In this document: one piece after another, positions 51,087 through 62,607 of the stretch | Numbering within the stretch: position 1 is the stretch's first letter | Layout: each line of letters begins with the position of its first letter | Sequence record: PZ452591.1 | From: a phage | Strand: one strand, 5' to 3' | DNA length: 64,000 nt | Translations under genes and position numbers: made by a program | The notes under the pieces: generated by a model | Told to the model about the DNA's origin: nothing | What the model saw: only the letters and a program-made list of their open reading frames with translations | The model's database searches: none

Positions 51087-52004
51087 TCAAAATTCATTAA
51101 TGCTATTAGTTAATTTAGAAAGACCCGCTTTTACAAAATATGAATAAATTTTGCCACGCGGTGGTAATTTATATGAATTATAGTAATTCACAATGTTTGA
51201 AGCAATATTATCAGGAATATAATCAAAATCAATTAGAACTAAATTTTCTTTATAACGATTATACTCAGATTCTGAGAGAAGCACCTTAGCTTGCTCACGA
51301 TCATTAGCAATAGCTTCAACGATTGAAGTTTTCATTGAAGGAGTCCGTTCACCTTCAACTCTGGTAAACCAAAAGTCAGAACGTACTTTAACTGAAGCAA
51401 CGTTATCCTTTTTGTCACCCTTAAGAATTTTAGTCATACAATCAATTTCAGCAGAACCGCTTTTAATTTTAACCCATTTCTTGTGCATCGGTGACCATTG
51501 CTTAACATTTGGATATTTGTGAAGTTGAGTAAAGTCACCGTCCGATGAAATGATTAAAATCTTATGTCCTTCTAAAGAGAACTTTTTAACAAGAACAGCA
51601 ATGTGGTCATCTGCTTCATACTTATCAATATCCATAACAATGTATGGCATATAAGCTTTCAATTCATCTATAACTTTATGACTGGATTCAAAATAACCTT
51701 CCCAGTCCCAAGTAGATTCTTCTCGTGCTTTTCCACGGTTTTTCTTATAATAATAAGCGAAATCACGACGCCAGTATCCAGATTTCGCGTTATCAATACA
51801 TAGTACAATTTTAGTGTATCCAAGCGTTTTTGCTTTTTTGACATTAAACTTAATTGAGTTCAATATCAAATGACGAACCATTGATAAATTAATTTTTTCT
51901 TTATCTGGGAAGTTTACCAGAGCAGTTGAAAGAGCAATTTGACTAAAGTCAATAAAGCAAATTCCTTCTTTGTAATCTTCATCCAGCATCATTTCTAAAT
52001 CCAT
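51087..52004 (-). CDS. rnh: RNase H / 5'-3' exonuclease (305 aa)
   Basis: Matches T4 RNase H from MDLEMMLDEDYKEG; ORF-track start is upstream TTG. Confidence 0.92.
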   Translation of the reverse strand: MDLEMMLDEDYKEGICFIDFSQIALSTALVNFPDKEKINLSMVRHLILNSIKFNVKKAKTLGYTKIVLCIDNAKSGYWRRDFAYYYKKNRGKAREESTWDWEGYFESSHKVIDELKAYMPYIVMDIDKYEADDHIAVLVKKFSLEGHKILIISSDGDFTQLHKYPNVKQWSPMHKKWVKIKSGSAEIDCMTKILKGDKKDNVASVKVRSDFWFTRVEGERTPSMKTSIVEAIANDREQAKVLLSESEYNRYKENLVLIDFDYIPDNIASNIVNYYNSYKLPPRGKIYSYFVKAGLSKLTNSINEF

Positions 52005-52066
52005 ATGAACCTCGTTCAATTAGTGAGATTTCTATTATATACTATCTAAATCTTAAAGTAAACAGG

Positions 52067-52074
52067 TATAAATA
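52067..52074 (+). promoter_or_regulatory. T4-type late promoter TATAAATA (gene 34)
   Basis: Exact motif about 35 bp upstream of gene 34. Confidence 0.7.
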
Positions 52075-52108
52075 CTTATTATTGAAAACACAATAGGAGC
52101 CCGGGAGA

Positions 52109-55100
52109 ATGGCCGAGATTAAAAGAAAGTTCAGAGCAGAAGATGGTCTGGACGCAGGTGGCGATAAAATAATCAACGTAGCTTTAGCTGATCGTACCGT
52201 AGGAACTGACGGTGTTAACGTTGATTACTTAATTCAAGAAAACACAGTTCAGCAATATGATCCAACTCGTGGATATTTAAAAGATTTTGTAATCATTTAT
52301 AATAATCGTTTTTGGGCAGCAGCGGATAATATTCCAAAACCTGCTGGAAATTTTAATAGAATTCGTTGGAAAGCATTACGTACTGATGCCGTATATACAA
52401 CCGTATCATCTGGACCATATCAATTAAAATCCGGAGAAGCAATTTCAGTAGATACATCAGTTGGCAATGACATTGAGTTTACTTTACCACCTTCTCCGCT
52501 TGATGGAGAAACCGTAATAATTCAAGATATCGGTGGAAAACCTGGCATAAATCAGGTTAAAATAAATTCTTCAAATCAGAGTATTGTCAATTTTAGAGGT
52601 GAACAGGTACGTTCAGTTTTAATGACTCATCCAAAGTCACAGATGGTATTCATTTTTAATAATCGTTTGTGGCAAATGTATATTGCTGATTATAGCAGAG
52701 AAGCTGCGATTGTTACTCCATCGACTGCATATCAAGCACAATCTAATGATTTTATCGTACGTAGATTTACTTCTGCCGCACCGATTAATGTTAAGCTTCC
52801 AAGATTTGCCAATCATGGAGATATCATTAATTTCGTTGATTTAGATAAATTAAATCCACTTTATCATACAATTGTTACGACATATGATGAAACAACGTCA
52901 GTGCAAGAAGTTGGAACTCATTCCATTGAAGGCCGTACATCGATTGACGGTTTCTTGATGTTTGATGATAATGAGAAATTGTGGAGATTGTTTGACGGGG
53001 ATAGTAAAGCACGTTTACGCATTATAACAACTAATTCTAATATTCGTCCAAATGAAGAAGTTATGGTATTTGGCGCGAATAATGGAACAACCCAAACAAT
53101 TGAACTTCAGCTTCCGACTGATATTTCTGTTGGTGATACTGTTAAAATTTCCATGAATTACATGAGAAAAGGACAAACAGTTAAAATCAAAGCTGCCGGT
53201 GAAGATAAAATTGCTTCTTCAGTTCAATTGCTACAATTCCCAAAACGTTCAGAATATCCGCCTGAAGCTGAATGGGTAACAGTTCAAGAATTAGTTTTTA
53301 ATGGTGAAACTAATTATGTACCAGTTTTGCAACTTGCTTATATAGAAGATTCTGATGGAAAATACTGGGTTGTACAGCAAAACGTTCCAACAGTTGAAAG
53401 AGTCGATTCTTTAAATAATTCTACTAGAGCAAGATTAGGCGTAATTGCTTTAGCTACACAAGCTCAAGCAAATGCTGATTTAGAAAATTCTCCGCAAAAA
53501 GAATTGGCAATTACTCCAGAAACGTTAGCTAATCGTACTGCTACTGAAACTCGCAGAGGTATTGCAAGAATAGCAACTACTGCTCAAGTAAATCAGAACA
53601 CCACATTCTCTTTTGCAGATGACCTTATCATCACTCCTAAAAAGCTGAATGAAAGAACTGCTACAGAAACTCGTAGAGGTGTCGCTGAAATTGCTACGCA
53701 GCAGGAAACTAATACAGGTACTGATGATACTACAATCATCACTCCTAAAAAGCTTCAAGCTCGTCAAGGTTCTGAATCATTATCTGGTATTGTAACTTTT
53801 GTATCTACCGCAGGAGCTACTCCAGCTTCTAGTCGTGAATTAAATGGTACGAATGTTTATAATAAAAACACTAATAATTTAGTTGTTTCACCTAAAGCTT
53901 TGGATCAGTATAAAGCTACTCCAACGCAACAAGGCGCAGTAATTTTAGCAGTTGAAAGTGAAGTAATTGCTGGACAAAGCCAAGAAGGATGGGCAAATGC
54001 GGTTGTAACGCCAGAAACGTTACATAAAAAGACATCAACTGATGCAAGAATTGGTTTAATTGAAATTGCTACACAAAGTGAAGTTAATACAGGAACTGAT
54101 TATACTCGTGCAGTCACTCCTAAAACTTTAAATGACCGTAGAGCAACTGAAAGTTTAAGTGGTATAGCTGAAATTGCTACACAGGTTGAATTCGACGCAG
54201 GCGTCGACGATACTCGTATCTCTACACCATTAAAAATTAAAACCAGATTTAATAGTACTGATCGTACTTCTGTTGTTGCTCTATCTGGATTAGTTGAATC
54301 AGGAACTCTCTGGGACCATTATACCCTTAATATTCTTGAAGCAAATGAGACACAGCGTGGTACACTTCGTGTAGCTACACAAGTTGAAGCTGCTGCAGGA
54401 ACATTAGATAATGTTTTAATAACTCCTAAAAAGCTTTTAGGTACTAAATCTACTGAAGCACAGGAAGGTGTCATTAAAGTTGCAACTCAGTCTGAAACTG
54501 TGGCTGGAACGTCAGCAAATACTGCTGTATCTCCAAAAAATTTAAAATGGATTGTGCAGAGTGAACCTACTTGGGCAGCTACTACTGCAATAAGAGGTTT
54601 TGTTAAAACTTCATCTGGTTCAATTACATTCGTTGGTAATGATACGGTAGGTTCAACACAGCCATTAGAATCATATGAGAAAAATGGTTATGCAGTATCA
54701 CCATATGAATTAAATCGCGTATTAGCAAATTATTTGCCATTAAAAGCAAAAGCTGTAGATAGTAATTTATTAGATGGTCTAGATTCGCTCCAGTTCATTC
54801 GTAGGGACATTGCACAAACAGTTAATGGTTCACTAACCTTAACCCAACAAACGAATCTGAGTGCCCCTCTTGTATCATCTAGTACTGCTACATTCGGTGG
54901 ATCAGTTTCAGCAAATAGTACATTAACTATTTCTAATACTGGAACGGCAACTCGTCTGATTTTTGAGAAAGGACCTCAAACTGGAACAAACCCAGCTCAA
55001 ACGATGACAGTCAGAGTGTGGGGAAATCAATTTAGTGGGGAATCAGACACAACACGTTCTACCGTATTTGAAGTTAGTGATGAAACGTCTAGTCATTTTT

Positions 55101-55978
55101 ATTCTCAGCGTAATAAAGCTGGAAATATAACATTTAATATCAACGGTACAGTAACACCGATAAATGTTAATGCTTCAGGAACATTGAATGCAAATGGTGT
55201 AGCAACATTTGGTAATTCAGTCACTGCAACTGGTGAAATTATTTCTCGAAGCGCAAATGCTTTCCGTGCTATTAGCGGAAATTATGGTTTCATTGTTCGC
55301 AATGACGGGTCAGTAACGAATTTTATGCTTACTGCATCGGGTGATCAGACTGGCGGATTTAATGGATTGCGTCCTTTAGCTATTAATAATGCATCTGGCC
55401 AAGTAACGATTGGTGAAAGCTTAATCATTGCAAAAGGTGCTACTATAAGTTCGGGTGGTTTGACTGTTAACTCGAGAATTCGTTCTCAGGGTACTAAAAC
55501 CTCTGATTTATATACCCGTGCGCCAACATCTGATACAGTAGGATTCTGGTCAATCGATATTAATGATTCAGCCACTTATAACCAGTTCCCGGGTTATTTT
55601 AAAATGGTTGAAAAAACTAATGAAGTGACTGGACTTCCATACTTAGAACGTGGTGAAGAAGTTAAATCTCCTGGTACATTGACTCAGTTTGGTAACACAC
55701 TTGATTCACTTTACCAAGATTGGATTACTTATCCAACGACCCCAGAAGCACGTACCACTCGCTGGACACGTACATGGCAGAAAACCAAAAACTCTTGGTC
55801 AAGTTTTGTTCAGGTATTTGACGGAGGTAACCCTCCTCAACCTTCAGATATAGGAGCGATCCCATCTGATAATGGAATAATAGGTAATCTTACTATTCGC
55901 GATTTCTTGCGAATTGGTAATGTTCGCATTATTCCTGACCCAGTGAATAAAACTGTTAAATTTGAGTGGATTGAATAA
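52109..55978 (+). CDS. 34: Long tail fiber proximal subunit gp34 (1289 aa)
   Basis: 1289 aa as T4 gp34; internal repeats; late promoter upstream. Confidence 0.95.
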   Translation: MAEIKRKFRAEDGLDAGGDKIINVALADRTVGTDGVNVDYLIQENTVQQYDPTRGYLKDFVIIYNNRFWAAADNIPKPAGNFNRIRWKALRTDAVYTTVSSGPYQLKSGEAISVDTSVGNDIEFTLPPSPLDGETVIIQDIGGKPGINQVKINSSNQSIVNFRGEQVRSVLMTHPKSQMVFIFNNRLWQMYIADYSREAAIVTPSTAYQAQSNDFIVRRFTSAAPINVKLPRFANHGDIINFVDLDKLNPLYHTIVTTYDETTSVQEVGTHSIEGRTSIDGFLMFDDNEKLWRLFDGDSKARLRIITTNSNIRPNEEVMVFGANNGTTQTIELQLPTDISVGDTVKISMNYMRKGQTVKIKAAGEDKIASSVQLLQFPKRSEYPPEAEWVTVQELVFNGETNYVPVLQLAYIEDSDGKYWVVQQNVPTVERVDSLNNSTRARLGVIALATQAQANADLENSPQKELAITPETLANRTATETRRGIARIATTAQVNQNTTFSFADDLIITPKKLNERTATETRRGVAEIATQQETNTGTDDTTIITPKKLQARQGSESLSGIVTFVSTAGATPASSRELNGTNVYNKNTNNLVVSPKALDQYKATPTQQGAVILAVESEVIAGQSQEGWANAVVTPETLHKKTSTDARIGLIEIATQSEVNTGTDYTRAVTPKTLNDRRATESLSGIAEIATQVEFDAGVDDTRISTPLKIKTRFNSTDRTSVVALSGLVESGTLWDHYTLNILEANETQRGTLRVATQVEAAAGTLDNVLITPKKLLGTKSTEAQEGVIKVATQSETVAGTSANTAVSPKNLKWIVQSEPTWAATTAIRGFVKTSSGSITFVGNDTVGSTQPLESYEKNGYAVSPYELNRVLANYLPLKAKAVDSNLLDGLDSLQFIRRDIAQTVNGSLTLTQQTNLSAPLVSSSTATFGGSVSANSTLTISNTGTATRLIFEKGPQTGTNPAQTMTVRVWGNQFSGESDTTRSTVFEVSDETSSHFYSQRNKAGNITFNINGTVTPINVNASGTLNANGVATFGNSVTATGEIISRSANAFRAISGNYGFIVRNDGSVTNFMLTASGDQTGGFNGLRPLAINNASGQVTIGESLIIAKGATISSGGLTVNSRIRSQGTKTSDLYTRAPTSDTVGFWSIDINDSATYNQFPGYFKMVEKTNEVTGLPYLERGEEVKSPGTLTQFGNTLDSLYQDWITYPTTPEARTTRWTRTWQKTKNSWSSFVQVFDGGNPPQPSDIGAIPSDNGIIGNLTIRDFLRIGNVRIIPDPVNKTVKFEWIE

Positions 55979-55986
55979 GAGGTATT

Positions 55987-57102
55987 ATGGAAAAATTTAT
56001 GGCAGAGTTTGGACAAGGATATGTCCAAACGCCATTTTTATCGGAAAGCAATTCAGTAAGATATAAAATAAGCATAGCGGGTTCTTGCCCGCTTTCTACT
56101 GCGGGACCATATGTTAAATTTCAGGATAATCCCGTTGGAAATCAAACATTTAGTGCAGGTCTTCATTTAAGAGTTTTTGACCCTTCTACGGGAGCATTAG
56201 TTGATAGCAAGTCATATGCTTTTTCTGCTTCAAACAATACAACATCTGCCGCTTTTGTCAGTTTCATGAATTCTTTGTCAAACAATAGACTTGTTGCTAT
56301 ATTAACTAGCGGAAAGGTTAATTTTCCTCCTGAAGTGGTATCTTGGTTAAGGGGAGCAGGAACTTCAGTTTTTCCATCAGATTCAGTATTGTCAAGATTT
56401 GACGTGTCATATGCTGCTTTTTATACTTCTTCTAAAAGAGCTATTGCATTAGAGCATGTTAAACTAAGTAATAGAAAAAGCACAGATGATTATCAAACTA
56501 TTTTAGATGTTGTATTTGATAGTTTAGAAGACGTCGGAGCTACAGGATTTCCTAAAAGAACATACGAAAGCGTTGAGCAATTTATGTCTGCGGTTGGAGG
56601 AACTAATAATGAAATTGCGCGATTGCCAACTTCAGCTGCTATAAGTAAACTTTCTGACTACAATTTAATTCCTGGTGATGTTCTTTATCTTAAAGCACAA
56701 CTATATGCTGATGCTGATTTACTTGATCTTGGAACTACAAATATATCTATTCGTTTTTATGATGCATCAAATGGATATATTTCCTCGACCCAAGCTGAGT
56801 TTACTGGGCAAGCTGGGTCTTGGGAATTAAAAGAAGATTATGTAGTTGTTCCTGAAAATGCAGTAGGATTTACGATATATGCACAAAGAACTGCCCAAGC
56901 AGGTCAAGGCGGCATGAGAAATTTAAGCTTTTCTGAAGTATCAAGAAATGGCGGCATTTCAAAACCTGCCGAATTTGGCGTCAACGGTATTCGCGTTAAT
57001 TATGTCTGCGAATCGGCTTCACCTCCAGATATAATGGTACTTCCTACACAAGCCTCTTCTAAAACTGGCAAAGTGTTTGGGCAAGAATTTAGAGAAGTTT
57101 AA
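55987..57102 (+). CDS. 35: Long tail fiber hinge connector gp35 (371 aa)
   Basis: Matches T4 gp35 MEKFMAEFGQGYVQTPFLSESNSVRYKISIAG. Confidence 0.93.
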   Translation: MEKFMAEFGQGYVQTPFLSESNSVRYKISIAGSCPLSTAGPYVKFQDNPVGNQTFSAGLHLRVFDPSTGALVDSKSYAFSASNNTTSAAFVSFMNSLSNNRLVAILTSGKVNFPPEVVSWLRGAGTSVFPSDSVLSRFDVSYAAFYTSSKRAIALEHVKLSNRKSTDDYQTILDVVFDSLEDVGATGFPKRTYESVEQFMSAVGGTNNEIARLPTSAAISKLSDYNLIPGDVLYLKAQLYADADLLDLGTTNISIRFYDASNGYISSTQAEFTGQAGSWELKEDYVVVPENAVGFTIYAQRTAQAGQGGMRNLSFSEVSRNGGISKPAEFGVNGIRVNYVCESASPPDIMVLPTQASSKTGKVFGQEFREV

Positions 57103-57107
57103 ACTGA

Positions 57108-57134
57108 GGGAGCCTTCGGGTTCCCTTTTTCTTT
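57108..57134 (+). terminator. Rho-independent terminator after gene 35
   Basis: GGGAGCC-TTCG-GGTTCCC hairpin followed by TTTTTCTTT. Confidence 0.8.
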
Positions 57135-57141
57135 ATAAATA
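57134..57141 (+). promoter_or_regulatory. T4-type late promoter TATAAATA (gene 36)
   Basis: Exact motif directly after gene 35 terminator. Confidence 0.7.
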
Positions 57142-57164
57142 ATATTAAAATAAAGGGGCATATA

Positions 57165-57815
57165 ATGGCTGATTTAAAAGTAGGTTCAACTGTAGGTGGA
57201 TCTGTCATTTGGCATCAAGGAAATTTTCCATTGAATTCAGCCGGTGACGATGTACTCTACAAATCATTTAAAATATATTCAGAATATAATAAACCGCAGG
57301 CAGCTGATAACGATTTCGTTTCTAAAGCTAATGGTGGTACTTACACCGGTCCAATTACTATTAATTACGGGGTAAATAGTTATCTTCAATTAAGTAATAA
57401 TGAAACCCCCATTCGAATTCGTTCTGGTGGCGGTACCGGTAATACTCTTGTAGTTGGTGGCTCTTCCGGCGGTATTAGTTTTAGACCTGCAGGTAGTGAA
57501 ATCACTACTGGACAAATTACTATTACACCAGAAGGTTTGACAACATTTACCAGGGCTGTAACGGCTCCATCGGTAACTGTTACATCTACTCCTTCCGCAG
57601 CATCTGATGTTACTCGTAAAGATTATGTTGATGGAGCAATAAATACTGTTACAGCAAATGCAAACTCTAGGGTATTACGCTCTGGAGACACTATGACAGG
57701 AAATTTAACTGCGCCAAACCTTTTTTCACAGAATCCTGCATCTCAACCTTCACACGTTCCACGATTTGACCAAATCGTAATTAAGGATTCTGTTCAAGAT
57801 TTCGGCTATTATTAA
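57165..57815 (+). CDS. 36: Long tail fiber distal connector gp36 (216 aa)
   Basis: Size, position, late promoter upstream. Confidence 0.9.
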   Translation: MADLKVGSTVGGSVIWHQGNFPLNSAGDDVLYKSFKIYSEYNKPQAADNDFVSKANGGTYTGPITINYGVNSYLQLSNNETPIRIRSGGGTGNTLVVGGSSGGISFRPAGSEITTGQITITPEGLTTFTRAVTAPSVTVTSTPSAASDVTRKDYVDGAINTVTANANSRVLRSGDTMTGNLTAPNLFSQNPASQPSHVPRFDQIVIKDSVQDFGYY

Positions 57816-57823
57816 GAGGACTT

Positions 57824-60808
57824 ATGGCTACTTTAAAACAAATACAATTTAAAAGAAGCAAAACTGCAGGTCAACTTCCTGCTGCTTCAGTATTAGCCGA
57901 AGGTGAATTGGCTATTAATTTAAAAGATAAAACAATTTTCACAAAAGATGACTCAGGCAATGTTATAGAATTAGGTTTAAAATATGGAGGAACAATTGAT
58001 GGTTCTTTAACTGTTAATGGAAATATAATTGGAAATTTAACAGGTAACGCTGCAACTGCAACGAAATTAAAAACAGCACGAAAAATTAATGGTATATCCT
58101 TTGATGGGTCAAAAGATATCACGCTAACTCCATCTGACATAAATGTCAATAGCACAACGTTTATAAAAAATAATGGCGAATTACCTGTTGATGCTAATTT
58201 AGATACGTATGGGCCTGTTGAAGAATATCTTGGAGTTTGGTCGAAAGCAACTTCAACCAACGCTCAACCAGCAAATAAATTTCCAGAAGAAAATGCTGTA
58301 GGTGTGCTAGAAGTATTTGTGGCCGGTCAATTTGCTGGTACTCAGAGATATACAACTAGATACGGAAATGTTTATATTCGTTCCTTGACTGCTACATGGA
58401 ACGGAGTAAATGGTCCGTGGAGTGTGTGGCGAAATATTCAATCCGGTACTCGTCCACTGTCAACAACAATTGATCTTAATGATCTAGGAGGCGCTGAACA
58501 CTTTGGTTTGTGGCGAAATAGTTCAAATTCCATTGCTACCTTTGACAGAAATTTCCCAGAAGAGGGGTCGTCAGCTCAAGGTCTTTTGGAAGTATATGAA
58601 GGTGGAAACTATTCTCGTACACAAAGATATACAACCAGATTTGGTGTTGTATATACTCGTTGTCTTGCTGCCGCGTGGGATGCTTCCGCGCCTAAATGGG
58701 GACCGTGGCAACAAGTCGGTAATGTCACACCAGCGACTTTCTATGACGGAGATCTGAATGATTTTAAAACCCCTGGGTTATATAATATTTTAGGCACTGA
58801 TGCCGTTATTAACTGTCCTACAGGTGAAGGTTTGCCGACTGTTATTGTTGGTTTGCTGGAAGTTAAACAACGTGCTTCTGGCGGTGCTATTTTCCAAAAA
58901 TTTACTACTGCCGGAACGGGTGCAACTACTCGCGATCGTATTTTTGAGCGTGCATATACTGGTGGTGTGTGGGGTGCATGGAACGAAGTATATACATCTT
59001 ACTCTCTGCCAATTACTTTAGGTATGGGTGGTATTAAAACTCAATTAGCGGAGCTAGATTGGCAAACATTTGATTTTGTTCCTGGTAGTATGTTTAGCGT
59101 TCCTTTGAACAAAATAAAGAACATGCCAGCTAATATGAATTGGGGCACGATTGACGGAAACTTAATTATGTTTTCTGTTGGTCCTAGCGAGCACACCAGC
59201 ACAGGACGTACTGTTCAGGTTTGGCGTGGAACTGTATCCCAGACAAACTATCGTTATTTTGTCGTTCGTGTGTTCGGTAATTCTGGAAATAGAACTTGCA
59301 CAGTTCGCCGTGTTGTTCTTGAAGACGGATCACATACTTGGACTGCTAAACAAGATTTTAATGGCGCAGTTAACTTCGGTGCTCCTACCAATTTTAACTC
59401 TACTGTTAACCTTAATAACACTACCACATTTAAAACAGAAGTTAAATTTCGCTCATTGAATGCATTCCGTATGTATGGCGGAAAATTTGGTACATTTTTA
59501 CGTAATGATGGAGAGAGTCTTTATATTCTTTCCACCGACGAAGATGATCAAGATGGAAACTTTAATACAAATAGACCTTTCCGTTATGAATTAAGAACTG
59601 GTGATGTTACTTTGGGTGGTGCTAGTGGTGCTAACGTTTTAAAATTAAAACGTGATTCTCTCACCGCATTTTTTGGCGGTGATATTAACATTAAAGGCAC
59701 GATGACTTTTGACGCCGGACGTTTAGGATCACGAGATTATTTTAAATTTAACCATTGGGGTGATAGTAATAATGCGCGTGATAACATTATTCAGTTAGAA
59801 GACAGCAAAGGCGCTCATTTTTCCACTGAACGTACTTTAGCGACTGGTGCAATTAAGACTAAATTTTTTGGTGAAATTGAATCCGATGGTAAATTGGTTA
59901 TTAAACGTCCGGGTGATTCTATTGTATTATCAACAACTGCTAGTAATTCTTTGCATATTCGTGGTGACATAGACGGGACTGGTAACTGGTATATTGGTAA
60001 GGGTGGTGCTGATAATGGATTAGCGTTATATAGTTATGCTACTAATGCTGGTGTATACATTACAAACGCAGGAGATATCACGCTAAGTCCAAAAGGCGTC
60101 GAAATGGCCCATGTCAATAACGTTCGATTATATGTTCATGGTGAACGTTGGACTGCTAGTCAACCAGGTGATTGGGGTAGTCAGTGGCAAGTGGAAGCGC
60201 CAATATTCGTCGATCATGGTTATGTTTCACAGGATTGTTATTATCCAATTATTAAAGGAAGAAGTGTAATCACCAATCAAGGGTTTGTAACTGCCGTCGA
60301 TCTTGGTATTCGTCGTGTCAATAACAATTGGGGACAAGCAATTATTCGTGTTGGATCTGCGGAGGCATCGCCAGCGGCTGGACACCCTAACGCGGTATTT
60401 GAATTTCATTACGACGGTACTTTCTATTCTCCTGGTAATGGTAACTTTAACGATGTGTATATTCGTTCCGATGGTCGTCTTAAGATTAATAAAAAAGAGC
60501 TAGAAAACGGAGCACTTGAAAAAGTATGCCGACTGAAAGTTTATACATACGATAAGGTTAAGTCTATTAAAGATCGTAGTGTTATTAAACGTGAAGTTGG
60601 TATTATTGCTCAGGATCTTGAAAAAGAATTACCGGAAGCTGTGTCTAAAGTTGAAGTTGATGGATCTGATGTTCTGACAATTTCTAACTCTGCTGTGAAT
60701 GCTCTTTTAATTAAGGCTATTCAGGAAATGAGTGAAGAAATTAAAGAATTGAAAACGCCTCTCTTTACTAAAATTGCTCGCAAAATTAGTAAATATTTTA
60801 AATTCTAA
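57824..60808 (+). CDS. 37: Long tail fiber distal subunit gp37 (994 aa) with C-terminal intramolecular-chaperone-like domain
   Basis: N-terminus matches gp37 family; shorter than T4 gp37 (1026 aa); C-terminal about 110 aa ([21 protein letters not shown]...) resembles the self-cleaving chaperone domain of T2-type fibers. Confidence 0.9.
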   Translation: MATLKQIQFKRSKTAGQLPAASVLAEGELAINLKDKTIFTKDDSGNVIELGLKYGGTIDGSLTVNGNIIGNLTGNAATATKLKTARKINGISFDGSKDITLTPSDINVNSTTFIKNNGELPVDANLDTYGPVEEYLGVWSKATSTNAQPANKFPEENAVGVLEVFVAGQFAGTQRYTTRYGNVYIRSLTATWNGVNGPWSVWRNIQSGTRPLSTTIDLNDLGGAEHFGLWRNSSNSIATFDRNFPEEGSSAQGLLEVYEGGNYSRTQRYTTRFGVVYTRCLAAAWDASAPKWGPWQQVGNVTPATFYDGDLNDFKTPGLYNILGTDAVINCPTGEGLPTVIVGLLEVKQRASGGAIFQKFTTAGTGATTRDRIFERAYTGGVWGAWNEVYTSYSLPITLGMGGIKTQLAELDWQTFDFVPGSMFSVPLNKIKNMPANMNWGTIDGNLIMFSVGPSEHTSTGRTVQVWRGTVSQTNYRYFVVRVFGNSGNRTCTVRRVVLEDGSHTWTAKQDFNGAVNFGAPTNFNSTVNLNNTTTFKTEVKFRSLNAFRMYGGKFGTFLRNDGESLYILSTDEDDQDGNFNTNRPFRYELRTGDVTLGGASGANVLKLKRDSLTAFFGGDINIKGTMTFDAGRLGSRDYFKFNHWGDSNNARDNIIQLEDSKGAHFSTERTLATGAIKTKFFGEIESDGKLVIKRPGDSIVLSTTASNSLHIRGDIDGTGNWYIGKGGADNGLALYSYATNAGVYITNAGDITLSPKGVEMAHVNNVRLYVHGERWTASQPGDWGSQWQVEAPIFVDHGYVSQDCYYPIIKGRSVITNQGFVTAVDLGIRRVNNNWGQAIIRVGSAEASPAAGHPNAVFEFHYDGTFYSPGNGNFNDVYIRSDGRLKINKKELENGALEKVCRLKVYTYDKVKSIKDRSVIKREVGIIAQDLEKELPEAVSKVEVDGSDVLTISNSAVNALLIKAIQEMSEEIKELKTPLFTKIARKISKYFKF

Positions 60809-60814
60809 CAACAA

Positions 60815-60835
60815 GGGGGAAATGCCCCCTTTGGA
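60815..60835 (+). terminator. Hairpin after gene 37 (weak terminator or RNA-stability element)
   Basis: GGGGG-AAATG-CCCCC followed by short TTTGG, then GGAG SD of gene 38. Confidence 0.45.
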
Positions 60836-60844
60836 GTATAAATT

Positions 60845-61636
60845 ATGGCAGTAGTTGGAGTTCCTGGCTGGATTGGAAGTTCAGCCGCAAATGAAACAGG
60901 ACAACGCTGGATGAGTCAAGCGGCTGGTCAATTAAGATTGGGTGTTCCTTGCTGGATGAGTCAATTTGCAGGTCGCTCACGAGAAATTATTCACACGCTT
61001 GGAGCAGACCATAACTTCAATGGTCAATGGTTCCGAGATAGATGTTTTGAGGCAGGTAGTGCACCTATAGTGTTTAATATTACAGGTGATTTAGTATCAT
61101 ATTCTAAAGATGTTCCTTTATTCTTCATGTACGGAGATACACCAAATGAATATGTTCAGTTAAATATACATGGCGTAACGATGTATGGTCGTGGAGGTAA
61201 TGGTGGTAGCAATAGTCCTGGCTCAGCTGGGGGTCATTGTATTCAAAATAATATTGGTGGGAGACTAAGAATTAATAATGGCGGAGCTATTGCTGGCGGC
61301 GGTGGCGGCGGTGGCGGCGGCTACTGGAATGCCGGTATAACGAGATATAGATCTGTTGTTGGTGGCGGTGGCGGACGTCCATTTGGGGCGGCTGGCGGGT
61401 ATTCTGGAGGATCAGCTTCTACCGCGGGCACTTTGACTGGGGCGGGCATTGGTTCTAAACCGGGAAATGCGATTTATGGTGGAAACGGAGGAAATGTGGG
61501 ATCTGCTGGTGGAGCTTGTGGCGGAATCTCAGGCTCTCGTTATGCTCGTTATGGTGGCGGCGCTGCTGGTTATGCTGTCATAGGGTCCGCTCCAACATGG
61601 CAAAATGTTGGAGCAATATATGGTCCAAGAGTATAA
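60845..61636 (+). CDS. 38: Tail fiber adhesin gp38, T2/T6-type with glycine-rich motifs (263 aa)
   Basis: Conserved N-terminus [28 protein letters not shown] and multiple poly-Gly motifs separated by variable segments; unlike the 183-aa T4 gp38 chaperone. Confidence 0.88.
   Translation: MAVVGVPGWIGSSAANETGQRWMSQAAGQLRLGVPCWMSQFAGRSREIIHTLGADHNFNGQWFRDRCFEAGSAPIVFNITGDLVSYSKDVPLFFMYGDTPNEYVQLNIHGVTMYGRGGNGGSNSPGSAGGHCIQNNIGGRLRINNGGAIAGGGGGGGGGYWNAGITRYRSVVGGGGGRPFGAAGGYSGGSASTAGTLTGAGIGSKPGNAIYGGNGGNVGSAGGACGGISGSRYARYGGGAAGYAVIGSAPTWQNVGAIYGPRV
61315..61342 (+). repeat. (GGC GGC GGT)n glycine-codon microsatellite inside gene 38
   Basis: ggcggcggtggcggcggtggcggcggc encoding a poly-Gly motif; a shorter second run about 40 bp downstream. 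Confidence 0.8.
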
Positions 61637-61666
61637 TGTGAATAAATACCCTTAAAAGGAGGGTCT

Positions 61667-62323
61667 ATGGCAGCACCTAGAATATCATTTTCGCCCTCTG
61701 ATATTCTATTTGGTGTTCTAGATCGCTTGTTCAAAGATAATGCTACCGGGAAAGTTCTTGCTTCCCGGGTAGCTGTCGTAATTCTTTTGTTTATAATGGC
61801 GATTGTATGGTATAGGGGAGATAGTTTCTTTGAGTACTATAAGCAATCAAAGTATGAAACATACAGCGAAATTATTGAAAAGGAAAGAAATGCACGCTTT
61901 GAATCTGTCGCCCTGGAACAACTCCAGATAGTTCATATATCATCTGAGGCAGACTTTAGTGCGGTGTATTCTTTCCGCCCTAAAAACTTAAACTATTTTG
62001 TTGATATTATAGCATATGAAGGAAGATTACCTTCAACAATAACTGAAAAATCACTTGGAGGATATCCTGTTGATAAAACTATGGATGAATACACAGTTCA
62101 TTTAAATGGACGTCATTATTATTCCAACTCAAAATTTGCTTTTTTACCAACTAAAAAGCCTACTCCCGAAATAAACTACATGTACAGTTGTCCATATTTT
62201 AATTTGGATAATATCTATGCTGGAACGATAACCATGTACTGGTATAGAAATGATCATATAAGTAATGACCGCCTTGAATCAATATGTGCTCAGGCGGCCA
62301 GAATATTAGGAAGGGCTAAATAA
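61667..62323 (+). CDS. t: Holin T (218 aa)
   Basis: Matches T4 holin: N-terminal TM segment and large periplasmic domain, 218 aa. Confidence 0.93.
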   Translation: MAAPRISFSPSDILFGVLDRLFKDNATGKVLASRVAVVILLFIMAIVWYRGDSFFEYYKQSKYETYSEIIEKERNARFESVALEQLQIVHISSEADFSAVYSFRPKNLNYFVDIIAYEGRLPSTITEKSLGGYPVDKTMDEYTVHLNGRHYYSNSKFAFLPTKKPTPEINYMYSCPYFNLDNIYAGTITMYWYRNDHISNDRLESICAQAARILGRAK

Positions 62324-62596
62324 TTATTTGTTCGTATACATTTCTAGATATCGATATACACCCTCAAAACCCTCGTTGAATTCATCGATGAGGGTTTTCT
62401 TATCTTCTTGAGTTAATTCAGAAACAATTTTACGGAATGAATTCTGATTTAACTTTCTACCTTCATGCGTTACTCCAATCTCATTTAGAAATGCAATAAA
62501 ATTAGCACGATTTTCGACAATATCTTCTCTAGAAAATTTAATCAAAATAGATGCAACAGTAATAATTTCACGAACTGTATCAATATTTTTATTCAT
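62324..62596 (-). CDS. asiA: Anti-sigma-70 factor AsiA (90 aa)
   Basis: Matches T4 AsiA MNKNIDTVREIITVASILIKFSREDIVENRANFIAFLNEIG. Confidence 0.93.
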   Translation of the reverse strand: MNKNIDTVREIITVASILIKFSREDIVENRANFIAFLNEIGVTHEGRKLNQNSFRKIVSELTQEDKKTLIDEFNEGFEGVYRYLEMYTNK

Positions 62597-62607
62597 TGAC
62601 TATACCA

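Noticed and set aside
57871-59459. Several ORFs (73-129 aa) on both strands inside gene 37
   Set aside because: Embedded in a 994-aa tail fiber gene with continuous reading frame
60836-60843. TATAAATT immediately before gene 38 as a possible late promoter
   Set aside because: Not an exact TATAAATA and directly abuts the ATG, leaving no room for a leader; more likely part of the SD spacer
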